The translations under genes were made by a program, and so were the position numbers. A stretch of 45,073 nucleotides of DNA from an uncultured Bacilli bacterium (lineage in GTDB: Bacteria > Bacillota_I > Bacilli_A > RFN20 > CAG-826). Below the pieces are notes generated by a model. The model was given only the letters and a program-made list of their open reading frames with translations. It was not told the origin of the DNA and did not search any database. This document shows positions 38,501 through 45,073 of the stretch, piece by piece (position 1 is the stretch's first letter; each line of letters begins with the position of its first letter). Location of the stretch: NCBI GenBank assembly GCA_905236535.1, contig CAJOQN010000073.1, forward strand, positions 1 through 45,073, in the 5' to 3' direction.

Positions 38501-39075
38501 CCGGTTTTATCGACAACATTGGACTCGATATGTATTTGAAACTCCTTAATGATGCGGTCAAAGAGAAAATGGAAGGCGGACAAACCGAAGAAAAGCCATT
38601 ACCATTATTTGCGACTTTGTCAGGTGAAGCCTTTATTCCTGATAGTTATGCCTCAGATGCCGACAAGATTGAACTATATCAGGAGATTAACAGCTGTGAG
38701 AATTATCAGATGATTGTGGAAACAAAGCAAAAGATGACCGATATCTATGGCAAAATTCCACCAGAAACAGAATTACTCTTTAAAAAGCGATTAATTGATA
38801 TCCACCTTAATCAAGCCGATGTCAAAGAAATCAAAGAATACACAAAATTTGTGGATCTTGTTTTAGGAACTGATTTTTCTAATATTCGTGGAATAGGGAA
38901 TATTATGGTGCAAACTTTAATGCCTTTTGTATCTTTTACAAAAATTACCTATCGCGATAGAAAATTCTTTATTACTATGTATAAGAGAGAAGGGTGGCTT
39001 GACGATTTAACTGATTTACTAAAATCGCTTTCTAATATTTATACAGTTAACACAGTTAAAGAACCAAAAGTATGA
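35587..39075 (+). CDS. mfd: Transcription-repair coupling factor
   Basis: The TTG start follows SD AAGGAGG. The CarD-like block is GDYVVHEYEGIGKF. The helicase motifs are GDVGFGKTE, IIDEEQRFGV and SATPIPRTL, and the TRG region is QLYQIKGRVGRS. Length 1162 aa. Confidence 0.95.
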   Translation: MELFSKLKFNKNIPPLESQKGSFVVDDIVGVSVLVSTYFKNDPDNYLIVARNLYNAQNIYNLLVSFLGKENVLLFPVDELIRSDLIAQSKEMVAQRLYVLNEIIKNKNKKVVVTSVTGAIRYLPSSKRFIDSSFSFEVDKTYDLSDIKVKLSKAGYLKVNKVDSSLQFAARGDIVDIFSINNEHPVRIEFFGDVIESIRFFDIATQTSIKSVKKIEILPSSDVLFSDEEAVNSTNILKSHLNDDIEKLSLLSKERLNETIEELIDKVITSNLDQGVYKYYSLLSNDLWCLFDYCYSYKKILVDKDQINKSLELYNQESLHYLIDLYEDGKCLRNLSIGWDFESIVKPQEHLWWTSTFKTNDKDFVFSIKPIPYQSNKRSEALEIIRAYLNDEYSLLILMDTKEHIYLLQDMLSSINIQYDFCEGLTIPYNNKVGISLFNCPMGFVLPDEKIAVLTAKELFNIKIKSIAYSDKFKEGAIIKSFEDLSPGDYVVHEYEGIGKFVKLETLLIEGQSKDFLKLIYRNDELLYVPLSQFHLVRKYIGKEGFVPRLSKLHGKDWENTKQKIKERISDLAKRLMDLYIERSKVKGISFRKDDEMQEDFEKDFLYALTEDQERSLREIKEDMESERPMDRLLCGDVGFGKTELAFRAAFKAILSGKQVAFLCPTTLLARQHYELAKDRFLPYGVNVGMLSRLTNPEDEENYVKQVNNGQMDLIIGTHRLLSKDIQFKNLGLLIIDEEQRFGVEQKEKIKAMKTNIDVLTISATPIPRTLQISLLGVRSLSQINTPPHERMPIQTYVTPYKPDVIKELISRELSRNGQVFYLHNQVIDIYRKAAEIQELVPNAKVGVAHGQMNKKAMEDVMISFYNGDLDVLIATSIVENGIDVPNANMIIVEDSQRYGLAQLYQIKGRVGRSDRIAYAYLMYPDSRKLNDKARERLKALQEFTELGSGYKIAQRDLLIRGAGDVLGPEQAGFIDNIGLDMYLKLLNDAVKEKMEGGQTEEKPLPLFATLSGEAFIPDSYASDADKIELYQEINSCENYQMIVETKQKMTDIYGKIPPETELLFKKRLIDIHLNQADVKEIKEYTKFVDLVLGTDFSNIRGIGNIMVQTLMPFVSFTKITYRDRKFFITMYKREGWLDDLTDLLKSLSNIYTVNTVKEPKV

Positions 39076-39323
39076 GATTAGATTTATTTTTAAAAAAGTG
39101 TGTCATTATTAAGCGTCGAACAATCGCTAAAGAACTTGTTGAAAGAGGCCATGTTTTGGTATCTGATAAAGTAGCCAAACCCTCCACGGAAATAAAAGAA
39201 GGTTCGATAGTGGAACTTCATTTAGGTAGTCATATCATTATTGTTAAAGCCCACATCGAAACAAAAGGAAACAAAGAAATCCCATCATTTGAAACCATTA
39301 GTGATCAAAAGATAGGGTCTTAG
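39072..39323 (+). CDS. S4-domain RNA-binding protein (YabO/RqcP/Hsp15-like)
   Basis: MRLDLFLKKCVIIKRRTIAKELVERGHVLVSDKVAKPSTEIKEGSIVEL fits the S4 fold pattern. Length 83 aa. The ATG overlaps the mfd TGA (ATGA). In Bacillus, yabO lies shortly downstream of mfd. Confidence 0.65.
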   Translation: MRLDLFLKKCVIIKRRTIAKELVERGHVLVSDKVAKPSTEIKEGSIVELHLGSHIIIVKAHIETKGNKEIPSFETISDQKIGS

Positions 39324-39420
39324 AAAGTATATTTCTTTAAAATATCTTTCAAAAATAGTATCATTTTATCATCTAGCCTAATTAGGTTGTGTATCAATCT
39401 CTCGAAAAAAGGAGTTCCCC

Positions 39421-41490
39421 ATGCCAGAAGAAAACAAAGAAATTAATCCAAGAAGAAGAATATCACTAGGCTTCGTTATATCTTTGCTCGCAATCGTCGC
39501 AGCGATTGTCACTTTAGTGTATTTTGTGTTCTTTAATAACAGAACCAAAGAATTTACTCTTGAAGAATTCACCAAGAATTTAGAAGAAAAAAAGATTACC
39601 GAAATCAAATCCGTTACTCCTAAAGAGAAAACATTAATGTCTATTACCGGAACTTATAGAACCGATACTTCATCCACTAAAAAGTATGCATTTAAGGTTG
39701 TTATTCTTTGGGACACCTTCTATGAAGAAAGAACTTTCACAATTGGTGGCACTGAAACCACAACCAGTTTTGAATTATTGATTAAAGAAATGGTTGGAGA
39801 AGACTATCATGTCACCGACCCATATGTTGTTAGTTTCTGGGATCAATGGGGACCCACAATTATATTAGTGGGTGGCACTGGTTTAGTTACCTTCTTCCTT
39901 TTAATGAGATTCTCTAATGTGGTTGGAAATTCCAACAACAAAGCTTTGGAATTCAACAAATCTAGAGCTAGAAGAATTAATAAGAGCAAAACAAAATTCG
40001 CTGATGTTGCGGGTTGTGATGCTGAAAAACAAGAGATGGAAGAGCTCGTTCTTTATTTAAAAGAACCTAAGAAATTCTCTAAATTTGGGGCTAAATTACC
40101 TAAAGGTATTCTTTTAGTGGGGCCTCCAGGAACCGGTAAAACCTTACTTGCAAAAGCGGTTGCTGGCGAAGCCGGTGTTCCATTCTTCTCTATTTCTGGT
40201 TCTGATTTTGTCGAAATGTTTGTCGGTGTTGGTGCTGGACGTGTTAGAGATATGTTTAAAGTTGCTAAAGAAAACGCACCTTGCTTAGTCTTTATCGATG
40301 AAATCGATGCTGTTGGACGTCAAAGAGGTGCCGGCCTTGGTGGTGGAAACGACGAAAGAGAACAGACACTTAACCAATTATTGGTGGAATTAGATGGCTT
40401 TGAAGATAACTCTGGAATTATTGTTATCGCCGCTACAAACAGAGATGACGTCTTAGATCCTGCTTTATTAAGAGCGGGTCGTTTCGATAGAAAAATTACT
40501 GTTTCTTTACCAGATGCTGACGGACGTGAAGCTATTTTCAAAGTTCACGCTAGAGGGAAAAAATTATCACCAGACGTTGATTTCAAGGCTCTCTCAAAGA
40601 GAACTGTTGGTTTCTCCGGTGCTGATATTGAAAACATTCTTAACGAAGCTGCTATTTTAGCAGTTCGCGCAAATAAAGAAGCAATTGGCTTGGATGACAT
40701 TGATGAAGCTATTGATCGTCGTGTCGCAGGTCCAGCGAAGACCAAACAAGCAATGCGTGCAAAAGAAAAAGAAATGGTGGCCTTCCATGAATCTGGACAC
40801 GCGATTATTGGTTTGAAACTCGAACATTCTGCCAAAGTCCAAAAAATCACGATTATTCCACGTGGGCAAACAGGTGGCCACGTACGTATGTCTCCACCAG
40901 ACGATTCATTTATCTTAACAAAGAGCGAATTGGAAGCTGAAATTTGTGGACTTCTCGGTGGTAGGGCGTCAGAAGAAATTTTCTTTGGAGATGTTTCTAC
41001 CGGTGCATCAAATGATATCGAAAGAGCAACTTCTATTGCTAGAATGATGGTTACCGAATTAGGTATGTCTGCTCTTGGTCCTATCCAATATGAAAAGAAC
41101 ACTGGTTCTGTCTTCCTTGGAAGAGACTACACAAGCAATCAATTGAACTTCTCACACGAAACCGCACTTCAAATTGATAACGAAGTTAGAAGAATTATTG
41201 AATCTGCTTACGCTCAAGCTAAAGAATTGATTACTAAATATAAAGATCAAGTTACCTTGATTGCTAACACTCTTCTTGAACATGAGCAAATTACTGCTGA
41301 AGAAATTGATTACCTTCTTGAAAACGGTCATCTTAAAAGAGATGAAAAGATTGTTCCTCAAGAAGAACCTTCTATAGAAGAACAACCTCAAGTTGAGGAA
41401 AAAGAAAGTGGAGAAATTCCACCAATTGATATTCCTGATATTGAGAATCAATTATCCGAAGAAAACAAGGAGAACAAAGAGGGAGAATAA
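39421..41490 (+). CDS. ftsH: ATP-dependent zinc metalloprotease FtsH
   Basis: There are two N-terminal TM helices. AAA+ Walker [14 protein letters not shown], Walker [12 protein letters not shown] region, and zinc site HESGHA. The C-terminal tail is acidic. SD AAGGAG lies upstream. Confidence 0.95.
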   Translation: MPEENKEINPRRRISLGFVISLLAIVAAIVTLVYFVFFNNRTKEFTLEEFTKNLEEKKITEIKSVTPKEKTLMSITGTYRTDTSSTKKYAFKVVILWDTFYEERTFTIGGTETTTSFELLIKEMVGEDYHVTDPYVVSFWDQWGPTIILVGGTGLVTFFLLMRFSNVVGNSNNKALEFNKSRARRINKSKTKFADVAGCDAEKQEMEELVLYLKEPKKFSKFGAKLPKGILLVGPPGTGKTLLAKAVAGEAGVPFFSISGSDFVEMFVGVGAGRVRDMFKVAKENAPCLVFIDEIDAVGRQRGAGLGGGNDEREQTLNQLLVELDGFEDNSGIIVIAATNRDDVLDPALLRAGRFDRKITVSLPDADGREAIFKVHARGKKLSPDVDFKALSKRTVGFSGADIENILNEAAILAVRANKEAIGLDDIDEAIDRRVAGPAKTKQAMRAKEKEMVAFHESGHAIIGLKLEHSAKVQKITIIPRGQTGGHVRMSPPDDSFILTKSELEAEICGLLGGRASEEIFFGDVSTGASNDIERATSIARMMVTELGMSALGPIQYEKNTGSVFLGRDYTSNQLNFSHETALQIDNEVRRIIESAYAQAKELITKYKDQVTLIANTLLEHEQITAEEIDYLLENGHLKRDEKIVPQEEPSIEEQPQVEEKESGEIPPIDIPDIENQLSEENKENKEGE

Positions 41491-41508
41491 AACTCCCTTT
41501 TCTTCAAT

Positions 41509-42474
41509 ATGTGGAAGATTGGCAATATTGAAATTAATGGGAAAGTAGTGCTTGCTCCAATGGCGGGTTTTACTTCAAGCGGGTATCGTCGTTTTATGAA
41601 ACAATTTGGCGTTTCGCTTTCCTATACTGAGATGGTTTCTGATCACGGATTGATTTATGAAAATAAAGAAACATATACCTATCTTGAGACAAAAAACGAC
41701 GAACTCCCAATTGGCATTCAATTATTTGGTGCGGATGCTGAAAATTTATTAAAAGCCGCAAAAATAGTGGCAAAAACCGCTCCTTTTTGCTCATTTTTAG
41801 ATATTAATGCTGGTTGTCCGGTTCCAAAAGTTACGAAAACAGGAGCGGGTTCTGCTCTTTTGAAAAACCCAGAAGTTTTAGCGGATATTGTTAGAACATT
41901 AAAGAAAGAAATGAATATTCCTATCACTGTTAAAATTCGTTTAGGTTGGGATAACAAACACATGAATTATATGGAAGTCATTAAACTCTTAGAAGAATCG
42001 GGAGTGGACGCGATTGCCATACATGCTAGAACAACCAAGGAGTTATATAGTGGTGAACCACATTATGAACTTTTAAAAGATTTAAGAACAAAAATGAATG
42101 TGCCTCTAATTGTCTCTGGAAACATTTTTACGCTTGATGACGCAATTAAAGCTTTAGAACTTACTAAAGCAGATGCCGTTATGGTGGCGAGAGGCTCTCT
42201 CGGTAATCCATTCTTAATTAAACAAATCGATGAATATGTTAAAACAGGCGTTAGATTGCCAAACCCTTCGTTAGATCAACAAATAAATTACTGTCTAGAA
42301 TTAGCCAAGTATATGATTGATGAAAAAGGGGAAGAAAAGGCCATGAGAATATATCGTAGCATTGCCCCAAAATTCTTTACTGGATTCCCGAATTCTAAAG
42401 ATGTAAGACGCGATTTAGCCCAAAATATGGTTTCTTTTGAGTATTTACAAAACACTCTAAAGAAATTAAAATAA
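41509..42474 (+). CDS. dusB: tRNA-dihydrouridine synthase
   Basis: VVLAPMAGFTSSGYRRF, DINAGCPVPKV (catalytic Cys) and VKIRLGWD are present. Length 321 aa. Confidence 0.9.
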   Translation: MWKIGNIEINGKVVLAPMAGFTSSGYRRFMKQFGVSLSYTEMVSDHGLIYENKETYTYLETKNDELPIGIQLFGADAENLLKAAKIVAKTAPFCSFLDINAGCPVPKVTKTGAGSALLKNPEVLADIVRTLKKEMNIPITVKIRLGWDNKHMNYMEVIKLLEESGVDAIAIHARTTKELYSGEPHYELLKDLRTKMNVPLIVSGNIFTLDDAIKALELTKADAVMVARGSLGNPFLIKQIDEYVKTGVRLPNPSLDQQINYCLELAKYMIDEKGEEKAMRIYRSIAPKFFTGFPNSKDVRRDLAQNMVSFEYLQNTLKKLK

Positions 42475-42520
42475 TATGACTTTATGTTGACCATTTATTT
42501 GGTCAAAACTGGAGGATTAT

Positions 42521-44017
42521 ATGGATAACAATATCAATCAAAACCAACTTAACGATCAAGAAATTGCTCGTCGTGAAAAATTAGCGAAATACACTGAAAT
42601 GGGTGTTGATCCTTTTGGGCAAGCTTATAAAGTTTCACACCACGCCTCAGATATTCGTAGAATAGTTGGTAAAAAATCCTCTAAAGGTTTAGATAAACTT
42701 AATCTTCATGTTTCTTTTGCGGGTCGTATTATGGCCATCAGAAGAATGGGTAAAGCCTCTTTTATGACCCTTCAAGATAAGACTGGCTTTATGCAAGTTT
42801 ATATGGGCATCGATGTTGTTGGAAAGAAAGCCTATAATCTTTTCAAACTCGCAGATATTGGTGATATTGTTGGTGTCAAAGGTAGAGTCATGATGACGAG
42901 AACCGGCGAATTAACAATTCGTGCGGAAAAATACACCCACTTAACAAAATCATTGCACCCACTTCCAGAGAAATTCCACGGTTTAACTGATACCGAAGAA
43001 AGATATAGAAGACGTTATCTCGATTTAATTATGAATGATAATGCAAAAAAGGTTGCCTTCGCGAGACCCAGAATTGTTAGAAGCATTCAAAATTATTTAG
43101 ATGATCAAGGATATGTTGAAGTTGAAACTTCAATTCTCTCCCCAATCTTGGGTGGAGCGAACGCTAGACCATTTATTACACACCACAACGCTCTTAATAA
43201 AGATTTCTATCTTAGAATTGCGACTGAACTTAATCTTAAAAGATTATTGGTTGGTGGTATGGAAAGAGTTTATGAAATCGGTCGTTTATTTAGAAACGAA
43301 GGTATGGATTCTTCTCATAATCCTGAATTCACCTCAATTGAAGTCTATGAAGCATATGGAAATCTTCAAAGTATGCGTCGACTTGCCGAAGGCATGATTA
43401 GAGCCTCTGCAAAAGCCGCTACCGGTTCTACCAAAGTAAATTATCAAGGCAAGGTGTTAGACTTTGGAAAACCATTTAAATGGATCTCTATGGTGGATTT
43501 AATCAAAGAAAAAACTGGAATTGATTTCTCTAAAGACATGACCTTTGAAGAAGCAAAAAAATTAGCGGACGAAAGAGATATTCATCTCGATAAATTCAAG
43601 AACACTGTCGGTTATGTAATGAACGAATTCTTCGAGCAATTATGCCAAGATGATTTAATTCAGCCAACCTTTGTTTATTCATATCCTATCGAAGTCTCTC
43701 CTTTGACAAAAAAAGGAAAAGACCCAAGATTTACCGAGAGATTTGAATTATTCGTCGATGGAAGAGAGCTCGCAAACGCCTATACAGAACTTAATGATCC
43801 TATCGACCAAAGAGAAAGATTTATGGCTCAACTTAAAGCCAAAGAATTGGGTGACGAAGAGAGTCAACAATTAGACGAAGATTTCGTTGAAGCCCTTGAA
43901 TACGGAATGCCACCAGCAGGCGGAATTGGTATGGGTATTGATCGACTTGCAGTGTTATTGACCGACCAACCAACAGTGAGAGAAGTTATTCTCTTCCCAA
44001 CAATGAAAGATAAATAA
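42521..44017 (+). CDS. lysS: Lysyl-tRNA synthetase, class II
   Basis: The N-terminal OB anticodon-binding domain is followed by class II motifs: YLRIATELNLKRLLVGGMERVYEIGRLFRNEG and GGIGMGIDRLAVLL. SD GGAGGA lies upstream. Confidence 0.95.
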   Translation: MDNNINQNQLNDQEIARREKLAKYTEMGVDPFGQAYKVSHHASDIRRIVGKKSSKGLDKLNLHVSFAGRIMAIRRMGKASFMTLQDKTGFMQVYMGIDVVGKKAYNLFKLADIGDIVGVKGRVMMTRTGELTIRAEKYTHLTKSLHPLPEKFHGLTDTEERYRRRYLDLIMNDNAKKVAFARPRIVRSIQNYLDDQGYVEVETSILSPILGGANARPFITHHNALNKDFYLRIATELNLKRLLVGGMERVYEIGRLFRNEGMDSSHNPEFTSIEVYEAYGNLQSMRRLAEGMIRASAKAATGSTKVNYQGKVLDFGKPFKWISMVDLIKEKTGIDFSKDMTFEEAKKLADERDIHLDKFKNTVGYVMNEFFEQLCQDDLIQPTFVYSYPIEVSPLTKKGKDPRFTERFELFVDGRELANAYTELNDPIDQRERFMAQLKAKELGDEESQQLDEDFVEALEYGMPPAGGIGMGIDRLAVLLTDQPTVREVILFPTMKDK

Positions 44018-44028
44018 AGGAGAATGTT

Positions 44029-44655
44029 ATGGCTAAAAAAATAGTGTGTCCTAATTGTAAATTACCAATCGAAGAAGATTCTAAAACTTGTAAATTTTGT
44101 GGTGCTAGTATCGTTGAAGAAGTTGTGCCCGAAGAAGTCGAAGAATTAGAAGAATCAAACATCGAATCTCCAAAAGTTAAAAAGAGCATTCCAAGTTTCT
44201 ATTTGTTCTTTATCATCGCTGCAGGATTAAGCGTCTTAGCGTTCTTTTTGCCAATTCTTCCAATTGATTTTAATCAATATTTATATCCAATCTATGTCAT
44301 CACTTTCAATTCCCCAATTATGGTTGGAATGAATGCTGGCACTATTTCTTTTGTTTTTGCAATTGTAACTTTGTTGTGCTTTGCGGCCGTTCATTGGTCC
44401 ATCTTTAAAAAGACAACTGAAATAGCATTATTTTCTTATTTTGCTGCTTTCTTTGCTCAAGTTACCGCGATATGTGCCGCGCTTGCGCCTCTTATGTTAT
44501 CTTCTGGAAACAGCGAGATGGAATTAGGATTTAGCCTTGGGTTTGTTGTAATTGCGATTTTCTTTGAAGCAATTGTGGCCCTCACTATTATTGCAATCAT
44601 TCAATACAAAAAGTATCTTATTAAGAATCCAAGCGAAGTCGCTTCAATTAAATAA
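44029..44655 (+). CDS. Hypothetical membrane protein with an N-terminal zinc ribbon
   Basis: The CxxC...CxxC motif is CPNCKLPIEEDSKTCKFCGASI. An acidic linker (EEVVPEEVEELEESN) follows, then about 4-5 predicted TM helices. SD AAAGGAG lies upstream. Confidence 0.55.
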   Translation: MAKKIVCPNCKLPIEEDSKTCKFCGASIVEEVVPEEVEELEESNIESPKVKKSIPSFYLFFIIAAGLSVLAFFLPILPIDFNQYLYPIYVITFNSPIMVGMNAGTISFVFAIVTLLCFAAVHWSIFKKTTEIALFSYFAAFFAQVTAICAALAPLMLSSGNSEMELGFSLGFVVIAIFFEAIVALTIIAIIQYKKYLIKNPSEVASIK

Positions 44656-44659
44656 AAAA

Positions 44660-44687
44660 TTATATCACCCTTTGGGTGATATTTTTA
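44660..44687 (+). terminator. Rho-independent terminator
   Basis: ATATCACCC (44662-44670), loop TTT, GGGTGATAT (44674-44682), followed by TTTT. Confidence 0.7.
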
Positions 44688-44768
44688 TAATCGAAAAATT
44701 TATTTTACGAAAATTCATAATTTTTTACATATATATAATTAAAGACAAAATTTTTGACGTATGCGCGC

Positions 44769-44797
44769 TTTACATTAAGAAATCTCTCCTATATAAT
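44769..44797 (+). promoter_or_regulatory. Candidate sigma-A promoter for rpsF
   Basis: TTTACA (44769-44774), a 17-nt spacer, TATAAT (44792-44797), about 73 nt upstream of the rpsF ATG. Confidence 0.5.
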
Positions 44798-44870
44798 AGA
44801 TACGCTGTTTCAGCAAATACTTCTCTACTATTTATAGAAAAATAGTCAGAGTCCAGAGGGAGGTAGTAAA

Positions 44871-45073
44871 ATGCGCAAATATGAGATTATGTACATTTTA
44901 AAAGCTGACTTAGATGAAACCGCCCGCCAAGAGCAAATCGCTAAATTAAACGCGATTCTTGAAGGCAAGGGAGCAAAGGTTGAAAAAGTTGATGAAAGCA
45001 TGGGTCTTCGTACTCTTGCTTACGAAATCAAAAAGGAAACCCAAGGTTACTATGTCGTCCTTAAAGTGTCCGC
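44871..45073 (+). CDS. rpsF: 30S ribosomal protein S6, 3'-truncated at the window edge
   Basis: This gene is not in the ORF track. Translation: MRKYEIMYILKADLDETARQEQIAKLNAILEGKGAKVEKVDESMGLRTLAYEIKKETQGYYVVLKVS... SD GAGGGAGG lies upstream. Confidence 0.9.
   Translation, partial: MRKYEIMYILKADLDETARQEQIAKLNAILEGKGAKVEKVDESMGLRTLAYEIKKETQGYYVVLKVS

Noticed and set aside
40545-41102. 185-aa ORF antisense to ftsH (plus the nested antisense ORFs at 40320-40541 and 40657-40881)
   Set aside because: It lies entirely within the strongly supported ftsH CDS on the opposite strand. It has no SD, its composition is low-complexity (Ser/Ile/Ala/Pro-rich), and it has no recognisable motifs. This is the typical shadow ORF of a conserved gene.
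42475-42520. Possible T-box or attenuator upstream of lysS (hairpin TTGACCA-TTTATT-TGGTCAA), and likewise upstream of serS
   Set aside because: The intergenic regions are only 46 nt (lysS) and 5 nt (serS), far too short for a T-box leader of about 200 nt. The lysS hairpin has no T tract and is probably a weak dusB 3' structure.

Overview
This window covers the chromosomal replication origin and its flanks in a low-GC, compact Firmicute/Mollicute-type genome. It uses the standard genetic code: TGA serves as the stop for psuG, rnpA and mfd, each inside an ATGA start/stop overlap. The gene content and a short 4.5S-type SRP RNA suggest an Acholeplasma-like or other wall-less relative, but that lineage call is only an inference.

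Layout: oriC is bipartite, with DnaA-box clusters on both sides of dnaA (19411-19541 and 20971-21300). Left of oriC, on the minus strand, lie dnaA-dnaN-yaaA-recF-gyrB-gyrA, a glycosyltransferase, serS, SRP RNA, tadA, a P-type ATPase, psuG and a TetR regulator. Further left are an M50-like membrane protein and two plus-strand surface proteins (a Big_2 protein and a membrane-anchored endonuclease I). Right of oriC, on the plus strand, lie rpmH-rnpA-yidC-jag-mnmE-tatD-rnmV-rsmA-ispE-glmU(short), then a ppdK / FGGY kinase / DUF368 block, then pth-mfd-S4(RqcP-like)-ftsH-dusB-lysS, a zinc-ribbon membrane protein and the start of rpsF.

Two genes are missing from the ORF track: rpmH (21398-21532) and an SRP RNA (about 9545-9627, minus strand). 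I shortened several track ORFs to better-supported starts.

I found no CRISPR array, mobile element, or recognisable defence or toxin module, and no convincing novel multi-gene system; most of the window is core housekeeping. The observations most worth a second look are:
- the surface Big_2 protein plus anchored nuclease pair
- an M50 (site-2 protease)-like membrane protein whose HExxH reads FELAH, preceded by a structured leader
- the SRP RNA abutting tadA
- a GlmU missing about 100 C-terminal residues, next to a block that interrupts conserved synteny
- Glu-rich N-terminal extensions on both gyrase subunits
- a perfect 9-3-9 palindrome in the ppdK 5' region

All homology calls rest on motif recognition by eye; no searches were run.
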